Program-made: the position numbers and the translations under genes
Shown here: one piece after another, positions 38,937 to 48,993 of the stretch
How positions within the stretch are numbered: the first letter of the stretch is position 1
How the letters are laid out: each line of letters begins with the position of its first letter
Notes under the pieces: model-generated
The model's database searches: none
What the model saw: only the letters and a program-made list of their open reading frames with translations
Told to the model about the DNA's origin: nothing
DNA from: an uncultured bacterium
Lineage (GTDB): Bacteria > Patescibacteriota > Microgenomatia > Levybacterales > UBA12049
Length of the DNA stretch: 64,000 bases
Reading direction: 5' to 3'
Assembly (NCBI GenBank): GCA_963826535.1
Contig: CAWGXL010000011.1
Span: 320,809-384,808 of the forward strand

Positions 38937-40121
38937 ATGTTACAAGATAAGCTTGTCCGCTTGAAGGAAGAGAGGACGCTTTTGAGTACTGTTCCTGTGA
39001 ATTCTCATAGTCCAGCATTGGGCAACTCAGATTCCAGCTTGCCAGTACTTCATCCTTTAACACTTAAGTCTATTCAGTTAAATTTTTATAAGGAACTTGA
39101 AGATAGTATGGCCGGAAAAAAGACCAGTCTTCCATTTATTCTTCATTCCATTTCTACTCAACCACTAGTTTCTGAAAATGAAACTTTTCAGGTTATGGTT
39201 ATCGGTGGAAGTGTATTCAAACAAGCAATTGCCAAAAAGCGAAAAAATGGGGTTACTTTTTTAGATAAAAGTCAGGAAAAACTACCTGTTTTCCATACAA
39301 AGAACGATTTTATAACTTTAGTTGAGCAGCACTTAGACCCGACAGCCCGCGTTGTTGCCCTTAACTTTGCTTATCCGCTTGGTCCGGTTTTTGATGAAGG
39401 AAAACTTGATGGAGTTTTGCTTTCGGGGACAAAAGAGCATAGCTTTAAAGGCTTAGTTGGTGAACGGGTAGGGCAATCGCTTGAGAGGTACTTTTTGAAA
39501 AAATATAAAAGAAAAATAGATTTTGCAGTTGCCAATGATACTGTTTGCCTTTTGCTTTCCGGTTTGAGGAAAGCTTCATGGAACAAGCTGGCTTGCGGAA
39601 TTGTAGGAACCGGAGTCAATTTTGCTTTCTTCCTTGATGCTACGGATCTGGTAAATCTGGAGTCGGCAAATTTTAATAAATTTCCTGCTAGTCGTGAGAC
39701 TAAGGGCATTGATCTTCGCTCAACTCATACCGGCCAGGGATTATTTGAAAAAGAAACGGCTGGAGGCTATCTTTATCAACATTTCAATTCTATTGTTGCT
39801 AAACAGAAACTCCCCCACCCTCCACTTACTTCTACTTGGGAACTTAAAAAACTCGCTTTGCGGGATACAACTTGGATTACGCCAATTGCGCGAGGACTTA
39901 TAAAGAAATCGGCTGCGCTTATTGCCGCACAAATTGCCGGGATAACGTTATACAAGAGACGGGATATGACTTTTGTGATGGAAGGTAGTTTCTTTTGGGA
40001 TGAAGATATTTATAGGGAATATGTAGAGCATTATCTACGAATACTTATACCTGAGAGGAAGATTACTTTCGTTTCTGTGCCAGATAGTCCGTTTTTGGGA
40101 GCCGCAAAATTGGTTGCTTAA
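38937..40121 (+). CDS. Eukaryote-type hexokinase family protein
   Basis: LNFAYP, TKEH.F, VANDTV, GIVGTGVN, NLES, FEKETAGGYL, EGS. Confidence 0.72.
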   Translation: MLQDKLVRLKEERTLLSTVPVNSHSPALGNSDSSLPVLHPLTLKSIQLNFYKELEDSMAGKKTSLPFILHSISTQPLVSENETFQVMVIGGSVFKQAIAKKRKNGVTFLDKSQEKLPVFHTKNDFITLVEQHLDPTARVVALNFAYPLGPVFDEGKLDGVLLSGTKEHSFKGLVGERVGQSLERYFLKKYKRKIDFAVANDTVCLLLSGLRKASWNKLACGIVGTGVNFAFFLDATDLVNLESANFNKFPASRETKGIDLRSTHTGQGLFEKETAGGYLYQHFNSIVAKQKLPHPPLTSTWELKKLALRDTTWITPIARGLIKKSAALIAAQIAGITLYKRRDMTFVMEGSFFWDEDIYREYVEHYLRILIPERKITFVSVPDSPFLGAAKLVA

Positions 40122-40166
40122 CCTCTATATACTTTAACCCCTTGAATAACAAAATGTTGCCAAGAT

Positions 40167-41081
40167 TTAAATTAGTGCTTTTTTGGATTTGAGGAAGAAG
40201 TAGGCTACGATTGCAAAGGTTGATATAGGGGAAATCCAACTGGGGATATGAAATCCGAAACCTTCAAGAACCATGACGCAACCCAGAACGGCGATAGAGT
40301 ACATTGCGCCGTTTTTGAGATAAATGTAGCGTTTGATACGATCAATATTGCTGACAGTCATTTGCCGGACTATAATGGCTCCCAGTCCATTCCCGAGTAA
40401 AATAAGCGGTACTGAAAGAGTAAAAGCGAATGCTCCAAGGACTCCATCCAGAGAGAAGGTGGCATCGATTACCATAAGGTAAAAAACCTTACTGGTATCT
40501 GACAGCGATCCTTTTTTGTTTAGTAATTTTGCTTCCTGTTTGCCTGCGTTTTCGCGAAACCCGTGGGTGATGAAAAATGCGGTTGATCCAAGTACAGCGC
40601 CGAAGGCTATTAATTCGGACTGCTGCAGCGAAAACCAGACGATGGCAGAAAGCAATAAAGAAACAACAGCAAAAAACCAAACTCCTTGTGAGTTAAAAAA
40701 ACGTTCTCCCAATACCGCATAATTCTTTTCTTCAAGAAACAGCCAATAAAGGAATAAAAAAACTAGAAACACACCGCCGCCCATTAATAATATGGGGGCT
40801 GCCGCTTCTATGGCTTCATGTATTGCCGGGTCATTGCTAAAGGTTGCGGTGAATGCCCCGATCGGTCCCAGACTAGGAACAGTGCCCCAGACAATAAGCC
40901 AGGGCAGAAATCCGCGGACAACAAAAACAGCGAACAGTATTCCCCACAACAAAAACCATTTCCGCGCTTTTTTGCCCATCCCATGCAGCACTTCAGCGTT
41001 GATAATCGCGTTATCAATACTGCTTACGGTTTCAAAAAGGCAGAGGCCGGCGATTATAAGGAGGATAGATAATAAATCCAT
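40167..41081 (-). CDS. TerC/DUF475-family membrane protein
   Basis: FETVSSIDNAIINA, IDATFSLDGVLGAFA, YLKNGAMYSI. Confidence 0.85.
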   Translation of the reverse strand: MDLLSILLIIAGLCLFETVSSIDNAIINAEVLHGMGKKARKWFLLWGILFAVFVVRGFLPWLIVWGTVPSLGPIGAFTATFSNDPAIHEAIEAAAPILLMGGGVFLVFLFLYWLFLEEKNYAVLGERFFNSQGVWFFAVVSLLLSAIVWFSLQQSELIAFGAVLGSTAFFITHGFRENAGKQEAKLLNKKGSLSDTSKVFYLMVIDATFSLDGVLGAFAFTLSVPLILLGNGLGAIIVRQMTVSNIDRIKRYIYLKNGAMYSIAVLGCVMVLEGFGFHIPSWISPISTFAIVAYFFLKSKKALI

Positions 41082-41183
41082 AACCTGAAGTATACCACTT
41101 CGCAATCATTTTTCAAAAATGATTGCTTCGTTAGGCATTATACTTATTGTAATTTGAAAACAGAGGTGTATATACCAAAATTT

Positions 41184-43862
41184 TTATTTTTTTGAAAATT
41201 TAAAGTTGAGGTTTTTGTCTTCGGAGAGTTTGTCAGTGTGGAGCAATTTCCCACCAACATCAGTAAAACCCGAAGCACCATGAATTACCTGATAAGCTTT
41301 GGGGTACGCAATAGAAAAGGAGTATGGGTCGCTTGCAGTACCCGCCTGTTTAAAAAGAGATAGGTCGTAGGTAAAAACGGGCTTGGCTGGATTATAGACG
41401 TTTGCCAGTGAATAGGTAATTGAAATTTTTTGGGACGATTGCATAGGAATGATTGTTAGAAAGCCGTAGATCGTCTTTCCCGATTGCTTTGTTTTTTCCA
41501 CTTCTAATTGTTGCGGCGGAATGAAACCTTTTTTTGTAAATTCATTAACTTGTGTAATCGCGCTAGTTGTGGCGATTTCGACTTCATTCACTTCAACCGA
41601 TTGCAGAAGGGCACTCTCGGGTAAAATAAAACGAAGATAATTTTTATAGTCTCCGCCAAACGGACTTTCTTTTTTACTGGTATTTTCGTAGGCAACAGTT
41701 GTCGTTTCCCGGGCACTCCCCTTCTCATCAATATTGACTTTTTGTATGATTGAACGATTTATATAGAAGTTGGTTTTGTTCATGCCAAGGTTGGCTTCAT
41801 TAATACCTAAAAAATCTAAAAATTTGTTGTCTTCTTTTTCCCGGTTATCTTTTAAAGATCCAGATAGCTTATTGACAGTCAGGACTATTTGGGTTTCTGT
41901 ATTGGGAACTGCAATTAAGAGATGTTTTTGTTTCAAGGCAAAGCTTAAATTCTTAACCAACGGAATAAAAGGAATTTTTTGGTCTGCGGTGAGTTTTGAT
42001 TCCAGCGCATTATATACTGCTCTTAGGAAGTCTTTTTTTTGCGTGGAGCCGGGAAAGAAATCTTTTTCAGCATGAGTTTCAGTCAACAAAAAGAAATTGT
42101 CTGCAGTTACTGTCTCTTTGAAGTCGGTAATATGCAGAGGGCCAAATATAGCGATTAAGTTTTTTACAAAATCAGTGTCAATCGCAATGACACCATCAAC
42201 TTTTTCGCCTGTTTCAAGTTCTAAAAAGTTTTGGGCCTTCCCAGCATTGACGGTAAAATCTACATCGAAATTACTATCACGTAAAAATAGATGAGGCGCG
42301 CCAAGATATCTGCGCAGGGCGAATGGAGGTTCGATGTGGGCTGATAATTTTCCGTCCGCATCGTAGACGTCATGGATTTCTAATTTGCCCGTTTTTCCGT
42401 TTTGAATGTCAACTGTGGCGAATGAACCAATAAAGCCTCCTCCAGGACGCAGTTCCATATTATTTTGAAATAGAATTAAATATTTTCTTTTCCCGTTGAA
42501 ACCAAGTAATTCCGGATAGATGTCTATTGTATTTCCAAGTAAAGTTAAGGCGTGTTCGTGTGAGTTGACTTTTTCCAGAATTACCGGAGGAAGGCGGCCT
42601 TCGGCTTTCAACTTTTGCAGAGTTACTAAATTGTTTTTTATTTTTGCAATTACAAGAAGAAAATCATTTTTGGGGTCGGTGGTTTTTTCTTCCAAGATGG
42701 ATTTGACGATAATGGCGGTATCTAAAAAATCACTATTAATTTCGCTTAAGCTAATACCAACTTGCGCTTTTTGGGTTAGCGGTTCTTTTTGGGTTAAGAG
42801 GACAGGGTTAATGCCAGACAGGTTTTGACCGATAAAACCAGAGGTGGCAAAGCTAGCTTTTGCAACCAGATTATATTTTTGAGCCATTGGTATATTTTTG
42901 TCCTGCGCTGTTTTAATAGATTCATTGAGAAAAAAGCCACCTCCCAAAAGCAACATAAATTCCAGAAATAAGGGGAGCAGAAAATATAGTAGACATAAAA
43001 AAAGCAAAAGGGGTAAATGAATTTTTTTTGAATGCCGGTTGGCGGGTTTTATTTGTTTTATTTTTTTCTTGGAATGGTCAATAGATAAGTCGATTTTTCT
43101 TAACTTTTCTTCTATGTCGTAGCTTGGAAAGAGATATTGCGCTTCTTGGGGAAAGTAGTATTCAGTTTCTTTATATTTCTGCTTTTTAAAGCTTATTTTG
43201 ATTAATGGGTCCAGTTTTTGAAAGGCTCTGGCAATTGCCAATTGCGTAAATCCATGTTTGGGGATAAGAAGAATTGTTTTGTCTTTTAAGGGATGAGTAA
43301 AGGCGATGGCAATAATTGCATCGCAGACATCCTCAAATAAAATGGGATAGGATTTTTGAAGACCATTGCCAGTTATTTCTATTTTTTTTAGGGAGCGTAC
43401 TTGGTGAATATAGTTTGTTAGTAAATTGTGTTCGAATCCAACATGCCCAAATATTTCACCATAGATTACCTGTGTTGTTTTTTCATAACGGCCTTGGGCG
43501 AGTAGTTTTTTTAATTTATTGTCAAATGACGCAAGCGATGTTATAAAAATTTGTTTGGCGTTGATCTCAATTGCTTTTTTTGCAATTGAGGGAAGCATGT
43601 CAATTGTTGTTTTTTCGCCATGGAAAACAGTGATCATAATGGAATACTGTTCGTCAGGTATACTTGGTATTTTTTTGCCGTAATGTATATGAATCAGATT
43701 AGCGTGTGATTTTATCTCTTTTTCACTTACTAGGACTATTAGGAATTGATGTTTTAATTTTTCTATGAGTGCATCGGCTAATTCGCCGTTTTTGTCGATA
43801 ATGAGTATGGGGGAATCTTGTGTTGTCTCGCTGATAATTAAGTGAGGCCTGGTGGCGGGCAT
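41184..43862 (-). CDS. DUF4012-domain membrane protein with degenerate N-terminal epimerase-like domain
   Basis: LILFQNNMELRPGGGFIGS, RDSNF.VDF, VDGVIAID, NEANLGMNK; central TM segment. Confidence 0.75.
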   Translation of the reverse strand: MPATRPHLIISETTQDSPILIIDKNGELADALIEKLKHQFLIVLVSEKEIKSHANLIHIHYGKKIPSIPDEQYSIMITVFHGEKTTIDMLPSIAKKAIEINAKQIFITSLASFDNKLKKLLAQGRYEKTTQVIYGEIFGHVGFEHNLLTNYIHQVRSLKKIEITGNGLQKSYPILFEDVCDAIIAIAFTHPLKDKTILLIPKHGFTQLAIARAFQKLDPLIKISFKKQKYKETEYYFPQEAQYLFPSYDIEEKLRKIDLSIDHSKKKIKQIKPANRHSKKIHLPLLLFLCLLYFLLPLFLEFMLLLGGGFFLNESIKTAQDKNIPMAQKYNLVAKASFATSGFIGQNLSGINPVLLTQKEPLTQKAQVGISLSEINSDFLDTAIIVKSILEEKTTDPKNDFLLVIAKIKNNLVTLQKLKAEGRLPPVILEKVNSHEHALTLLGNTIDIYPELLGFNGKRKYLILFQNNMELRPGGGFIGSFATVDIQNGKTGKLEIHDVYDADGKLSAHIEPPFALRRYLGAPHLFLRDSNFDVDFTVNAGKAQNFLELETGEKVDGVIAIDTDFVKNLIAIFGPLHITDFKETVTADNFFLLTETHAEKDFFPGSTQKKDFLRAVYNALESKLTADQKIPFIPLVKNLSFALKQKHLLIAVPNTETQIVLTVNKLSGSLKDNREKEDNKFLDFLGINEANLGMNKTNFYINRSIIQKVNIDEKGSARETTTVAYENTSKKESPFGGDYKNYLRFILPESALLQSVEVNEVEIATTSAITQVNEFTKKGFIPPQQLEVEKTKQSGKTIYGFLTIIPMQSSQKISITYSLANVYNPAKPVFTYDLSLFKQAGTASDPYSFSIAYPKAYQVIHGASGFTDVGGKLLHTDKLSEDKNLNFKFSKK

Positions 43863-44124
43863 ATATCTTTAATGATACACGTAAGAAGCGTAAAACTCAA
43901 AGCGAAATCCTTAAGCTTTACTTAGGACACGAGTGTAAAGTAAAAGACGACTTCATTTAGCTTATCGTAATTTTTTCTAAGATTCGTAAATTTTTCTACC
44001 ATATGATTTGTGCTATAATGGGGGTCTTTTTTTGCGAAAAGCAAAGTATCGTAAATTTTTCAGGGAGCCGAGGGCGAATGGATAGTAGCGAATGGCAAAT
44101 GGCGAATAGAAAATAGATAGGGAT

Positions 44125-45471
44125 TTATAAAGCCCAGCAGAGGCCGAGGATGATGACGAAGAGGAGTTGGCCTTGTTGGAGCGTGAGCCAGTAGTGATCG
44201 AATTGGCCGAGGATAAGAATTAGTGAAACCAGAGTCAGGAGAATTTTGTGAGTCGGAGTATTATATTTTAATAGGCGCCTGTAGGTTTCGAGGAGAAACC
44301 AGATAAAAAATACAAGTCCGATGATTCCAGTTTCGGCAGCAGTTAGTAAGTAAATATTGTGTACAGGTTGGAGTTCGTTAATTTGAGACGCGGGTTTTTG
44401 TACTTGACTTAAGACCGGGAGAAAGTTGTATAAGCCGACGCCAAATAATAGATGTGTCTTAATAATAGTAACCGAACTTTGGATTAATTCTGTTCTTTGG
44501 ACAATTGCTTTTTCAGTGGGCCTTGTCTCTTCCAGACGGGGGAAAACCGGAGTAAAAAGAAATAAACCGACCGCAATTATAGTGACAATAAGGACAGTAC
44601 TCGTGATAATTATTGGCGATTTATTTTTTATTTGTTTGACCAAAAAGTTGAATAGTAATACTAAAATCGCAAGAATCCAAAGGATAATAGCAATTCTACT
44701 AAGAGTCAACAGTAGAGCGATTGAGCCAAGTAAAAGGGCGGTTGTTTTTAGAATTTTTTTAGACTTGTTTAATCTATCATCTAAAAGGGCAAAAATAAAT
44801 ACTAATGCAGTGAGCAAAAATCCGGCGAGTACATTAGGGTGGGGGAATGTGCCATATGGCCGAAGAATTAACTGGCCGTTTATTGAGGCGTTGGCAATGC
44901 CAGGCGTAAAAGAGGCAAATTTTCTTTCTCCCAGGAAATAAAGCAGGCCGTTTATAGAACCCTGATGGATATATTGCGCGATTGCCAGAAGTGACTCTCC
45001 TACCACAGCAAAGGCGAAGAGCATGGCAATTGTTGTTAATTCTTTTTTGGTTTTTATATTTTTCGCTATGTATAATCCTAAAAAAGTCAATTCCAAAATT
45101 TTTAAAAATCCGTAGAACGAGAGGAGTGGGTTATTTGAAAAAACGGTGTTTATAATGAGATAGACAAAAAAGATTAGCCAGCCCATTTTAGAGGTCACTA
45201 ATTCGCGTAAAAACGTATCAATTTTTTGTTTTTTTAACCAAAATAAAAATAGTGCCAGGATTAATAAATCTGTAACAAAGAGAGTGGGGGAGAGATAGTC
45301 TATTCTGATTCCAAAGACTTGTGAGAAGGGTGGCCAGAAATGTTTACCGAATTGGGTTGGCAATAGTAGGACAAAGAGGTAGAGGGTGAGTTTTTCTAAA
45401 TCAGGCTTTGGGCTTAATAATGAGAACTCTTTCTTTCCCTTCGCCGCTGGACTCGGAGGTAATTTGTTCAT
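44125..45471 (-). CDS. O-antigen ligase/Wzy_C-like polytopic membrane protein
   Basis: RPYGTFPHPNVLAG, LTLSR, LFGVG, PVHNIYL...ETGIIG. Start uncertain; overlaps jag. Confidence 0.8.
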   Translation of the reverse strand: MNKLPPSPAAKGKKEFSLLSPKPDLEKLTLYLFVLLLPTQFGKHFWPPFSQVFGIRIDYLSPTLFVTDLLILALFLFWLKKQKIDTFLRELVTSKMGWLIFFVYLIINTVFSNNPLLSFYGFLKILELTFLGLYIAKNIKTKKELTTIAMLFAFAVVGESLLAIAQYIHQGSINGLLYFLGERKFASFTPGIANASINGQLILRPYGTFPHPNVLAGFLLTALVFIFALLDDRLNKSKKILKTTALLLGSIALLLTLSRIAIILWILAILVLLFNFLVKQIKNKSPIIITSTVLIVTIIAVGLFLFTPVFPRLEETRPTEKAIVQRTELIQSSVTIIKTHLLFGVGLYNFLPVLSQVQKPASQINELQPVHNIYLLTAAETGIIGLVFFIWFLLETYRRLLKYNTPTHKILLTLVSLILILGQFDHYWLTLQQGQLLFVIILGLCWAL

Positions 45472-45871
45472 CGCTTTGAAAATAAAGATGAATTATTCTT
45501 CGCTCCCATGGCTTAAGGGAGAAAAGCACTTGCTCTTTGTTATCTGCGAGGGATTTTTCTTTGGTTTCCCGGGCTAATTTTTCCAAATATTCAGTCCTGT
45601 TTTTTTTATAACCGTCGACTTCGATCGAGATTCTTAAGAAGCGGCCAAGCTCTTTGGAGATAATCAAAGAGAAAATCAGTTGGAGGGATTCGAGCGCTTC
45701 ACCATGATAACCAATTACCATGCCTGTGTCTTTAGTCTCCAGAGAAATATCAAGATGGTCAACTTGTGGCTGAACTTCAAATGTACCTTCAATTTCGAGC
45801 TTAGAGAGGAGTTTTTTTACAGCTTCTTCTACTTGTTTTAGTTCTTTTCGAGAAAGGCTTATTTCTTCCAT
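45401..45871 (-). CDS. jag: Jag/KhpB RNA-binding protein (KH + R3H)
   Basis: IGYHGEALESLQ, ERRIIH, SESSGEGKER; conserved position after yidC. Confidence 0.88.
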   Translation of the reverse strand: MEEISLSRKELKQVEEAVKKLLSKLEIEGTFEVQPQVDHLDISLETKDTGMVIGYHGEALESLQLIFSLIISKELGRFLRISIEVDGYKKNRTEYLEKLARETKEKSLADNKEQVLFSLKPWERRIIHLYFQSDEQITSESSGEGKERVLIIKPKA

Positions 45872-46686
45872 TTTGATTTATTTACCCAGTTAGACAATCC
45901 GCCCAGACCTTGTATTTGATACTGCTGTATGATACCAAAAATTGTGAAAGTATTCCAGTATAAGGATAATCCAATTGCAAACTGGTAAGAAACGACACCA
46001 ATTATAAGCGGTGTCATATAAAGCATTTGGGTTTGTAATGTTTGGGCGAAGTCGAGTGGTTGAGGCTTATTGGGCTTGGCAGCTTGCTCAGCTATTACGG
46101 CGGGCTTTGGAAGTATCATCATTTTTGTTTGGATAAATTGCAATACGGCTGTAATGATAGGGATTAAAAATATTAAGTAACCCATGGAGGAGATTAATTC
46201 TCCGGGGCTTTCTACAAGCGGCAGACCAAAAAAGCCAGTGTCCCAGGCGTGATCTAGCTTAAGAAAGTCAAAATAAGTTATTTTATTTATTACGGATATT
46301 GTTTCTTGGGGTTTTAGGTCAATAACTTTCAGGATCGTATAATAAAATCCGTAAAGCAAGATAATTTGGATTAGAGTAGGTAAACAGCCGGCTACCGGAT
46401 TTACTCCGTGTTCTTTGAAAAGAGCCATTTGCTCTTGCTGCAGTCCCTTAGGATTACCTTTGTATTTTTCTTTTAACTTATTTATAAGGGGTTGCATTTC
46501 CTGCATTTTTTGTGAGGTTTTGATCTGGGTGACAGTAAATGGGTAGAGCAAGAATCGGATAAGAACGGTGCTGAGAATAATTGAGAAGCCCAGACTGAAC
46601 GGAATATGAAGGTAGGCTAATACCTGGTATATGGCAACCAAAATATTAATTAGGGGATTTACTAAGATTGTATCAAATATTTCCAT
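45859..46686 (-). CDS. yidC: Membrane protein insertase YidC
   Basis: IRFLLYP, MQP, GVNPVAGCLP.LIQ, LSLYW. Confidence 0.92.
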   Translation of the reverse strand: MEIFDTILVNPLINILVAIYQVLAYLHIPFSLGFSIILSTVLIRFLLYPFTVTQIKTSQKMQEMQPLINKLKEKYKGNPKGLQQEQMALFKEHGVNPVAGCLPTLIQIILLYGFYYTILKVIDLKPQETISVINKITYFDFLKLDHAWDTGFFGLPLVESPGELISSMGYLIFLIPIITAVLQFIQTKMMILPKPAVIAEQAAKPNKPQPLDFAQTLQTQMLYMTPLIIGVVSYQFAIGLSLYWNTFTIFGIIQQYQIQGLGGLSNWVNKSKWKK

Positions 46687-46894
46687 ATTTTAAACCGAAA
46701 GGTTGACAATGGAGCAGGCGAATTAGCCCCATTTTTATACCTTTTATTAATCCATATTTTTCAATTGCTTTTTTTGTGTACTGAGAGCAAGAGGGGGTAA
46801 AGCGGCACATTGATTTTACACCAATCAAATTTTTTAAGAGGGGGGAGAAAACTGTTTGATAGATTGATATGATTGTGATTGCTAATTTGTTCAT
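46673..46894 (-). CDS. yidD: Membrane protein insertion efficiency factor YidD
   Basis: CRFTPSCSQY...KYG...RLLHCQPF. Confidence 0.9.
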   Translation of the reverse strand: MNKLAITIISIYQTVFSPLLKNLIGVKSMCRFTPSCSQYTKKAIEKYGLIKGIKMGLIRLLHCQPFGLKYGNI

Positions 46895-46940
46895 TTGTTC
46901 ATTTCCCCATTTGTTCAATTGTTCAATTGTTCAATTGTTC
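46885..46940. repeat. 7 x 8-bp tandem array (awttgttc) at the rnpA/yidD junction
   Basis: atttgttc atttgttc atttcccc atttgttc aattgttc aattgttc aattgttc. Confidence 0.85.
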
Positions 46941-47276
46941 AATTTGTAAATTTATTAACTGTTTTTTTCTAAAGAGTTTTTCAATTTCATTGTAAAAAAT
47001 CTCTCGTTTTTGACCAACTGCGTTTTTTTGTAATATAAAAAGCATATCATATCCAACGATTATTTTTAGCTGCATTTCTTCTATGCAGGAGCGTAACGCT
47101 CGTTTAGTCCTATTCCTAGTCACTGATCTTTTGTCAATTTTTTTAGCAATAACAAATCCAAACCTGCTAAAAGGGAGGTTATTTTTCGCAATCATAACTC
47201 TCAAGGTTTGTAATTTGTACGAGGAAGAATGAAATAGCTTAACTTTTGCCGGTAACCGATATTTTCTCTTCAACAT
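46923..47276 (-). CDS. rnpA: Ribonuclease P protein component
   Basis: RFGFVIAKKI, SVTRNRTKR (RNR motif). Confidence 0.92.
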   Translation of the reverse strand: MLKRKYRLPAKVKLFHSSSYKLQTLRVMIAKNNLPFSRFGFVIAKKIDKRSVTRNRTKRALRSCIEEMQLKIIVGYDMLFILQKNAVGQKREIFYNEIEKLFRKKQLINLQIEQLNN

Positions 47277-47288
47277 TACAGTAAGACT

Positions 47289-47423
47289 TTATACAGCAAG
47301 TCTTTTCCTGCTCTTGCCTCTTCTTCTTTTTAGCACCTTTTGTCCAGCATGCGTCCTATTTCTAACCAGGAAACCGTGCTTACGCTTGCGCTTTACTTTT
47401 TTTAATTTAACAAGTTTTTCCAT
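47289..47423 (-). CDS. rpmH: 50S ribosomal protein bL34 (not in ORF track)
   Basis: MEKLVKLKKVKRKRKHGFLVRNRTHAGQKVLKRRRGKSRKRLAV*, divergent from dnaA. Confidence 0.95.
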   Translation of the reverse strand: MEKLVKLKKVKRKRKHGFLVRNRTHAGQKVLKRRRGKSRKRLAV

Positions 47424-47454
47424 ATGATATAAGTATAACAGATATAAATGCCTA

Positions 47455-47483
47455 TTGACAAGAAGTTTTCCACATTATTAAAT
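47455..47483 (+). promoter_or_regulatory. Putative dnaA promoter with an embedded DnaA box
   Basis: TTGACA at 47455-47460 and TTTTCCACA at 47466-47474 in the spacer. Confidence 0.55.
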
Positions 47484-47502
47484 AGCATTCACTTGTCTAA
47501 CT

Positions 47503-48993
47503 ATGAATACTGAGTTAACTCCACTCTGGAATAAAGTTTTGGGAGAGATTAAGAAGAGCGTTTCTAAAGGCACTTATGCAACTCTCTTCAAGCAAACACA
47601 TCTTATTTCGCTTGACGAAACAAAAGCGACAGTGGGAGTTCCATCAGTTATGCTTATCAATCTTTTACGCTCGCGGTTTTTACTAGATATAAAGAAGTTA
47701 CTTGACGCATTTACAGGACGCGAGATTGCTATTGTTTTTATTCCACGCTCCCTGCCTACTTCTGAGAAGAACCCTAAAGAGACACCATTATTTGGGCTAC
47801 CTACCACACGCTCAGATTTTTCCAAGACTTCAGATGGCAGGCGCACCGACTCCGAAGCATTGGCGGGCAAGCAAGGATACGCGGGTCATGCCCCATTCCG
47901 CCCAGGTTACGAGGAGCAAGCGGGACAGGGCTCAAATACAACGGGCGGCTCGGGATTAGGCCAGATGATTGGACACTTAACGCGTGTGAGAGCTGATTTT
48001 ACTTTTGCTAATTTTGCTGTTTCTTCTACTAATCAACTTGCATTTGTATCGGCGCAGAATGTGGCTCGCAATACCGGAAAATCATACAATCCCTTTTTTA
48101 TCTATGGGCCTGTTGGGGTGGGCAAAACTCATCTTATGCACGCAATCGCGAATGATGTTTATAAAAGAGAGCCTAATAAGAAGATTATTTATATAACAAG
48201 TGAAGAATTTACTAATGAGGTGGTTGAGGCGATCCGCAATAATGAGACTGCAAAAATGAAAAGGCGGTTCAGGTCTGCATATGTTTTACTCATTGACGAT
48301 ATTCAGTTTATTGCAGGCAAGGAAAAAGTACAGGAAGAGCTTTTTCATACTTTTAATATTTTGATTGATAGCGGATCACAAATTGTACTTTCTTCAGACA
48401 GGCCACCCCAGGAGATAAAGAAGCTTGAGAAGCGCCTGTCTTCGCGTTTTTCCGGAGGGCTGTCGGTAGATATCGAGGCACCTGACTTTGAACTTAAAGC
48501 AGCGATTATTCTTATTAAAGCAAAAAAATATGGGTATGATTTGCCAATTGATGTAGCAAAAATGCTGGCTGAAAATGCAGAAGATACCCGTTCGCTTGAA
48601 GGATTACTCCTGCGAATTATAACGCAAGCAACGGCTGCGGATTCGCCAATTAGTTATGAGATGGCAAAACAGACTTTAAAAGGCGCCGCTCCGGAAGGAG
48701 GCGAACGGCTACATGCTGAAGATATTATAAGGCATGTTTGTAATTACTATAATGTTAAATCCACACAGTTGAAAGGTCCAAAACGAGACGCGGGACTGGT
48801 GAGAGCGCGCCATGTAGCTATGTATTTACTTAAACAAGAGTTAAGACTCACACAGTCGGAAGTCGGTTATTTACTAGGGGGACGAGATCACACAACGATT
48901 ATGCATGGTGTGGATAAAATACGATTGCTGGTGGAAAACCAGGATATTGTAATTGAGGATATTAAGGGGATTATTAAACAGTTTCGTGTGTAA
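47503..48993 (+). CDS. dnaA: Replication initiator DnaA
   Basis: YNPFFIYGPVGVGKTHL, LLIDDIQF, QEELFHTFN, GGRDHTTIMHG. Confidence 0.97.
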   Translation: MNTELTPLWNKVLGEIKKSVSKGTYATLFKQTHLISLDETKATVGVPSVMLINLLRSRFLLDIKKLLDAFTGREIAIVFIPRSLPTSEKNPKETPLFGLPTTRSDFSKTSDGRRTDSEALAGKQGYAGHAPFRPGYEEQAGQGSNTTGGSGLGQMIGHLTRVRADFTFANFAVSSTNQLAFVSAQNVARNTGKSYNPFFIYGPVGVGKTHLMHAIANDVYKREPNKKIIYITSEEFTNEVVEAIRNNETAKMKRRFRSAYVLLIDDIQFIAGKEKVQEELFHTFNILIDSGSQIVLSSDRPPQEIKKLEKRLSSRFSGGLSVDIEAPDFELKAAIILIKAKKYGYDLPIDVAKMLAENAEDTRSLEGLLLRIITQATAADSPISYEMAKQTLKGAAPEGGERLHAEDIIRHVCNYYNVKSTQLKGPKRDAGLVRARHVAMYLLKQELRLTQSEVGYLLGGRDHTTIMHGVDKIRLLVENQDIVIEDIKGIIKQFRV

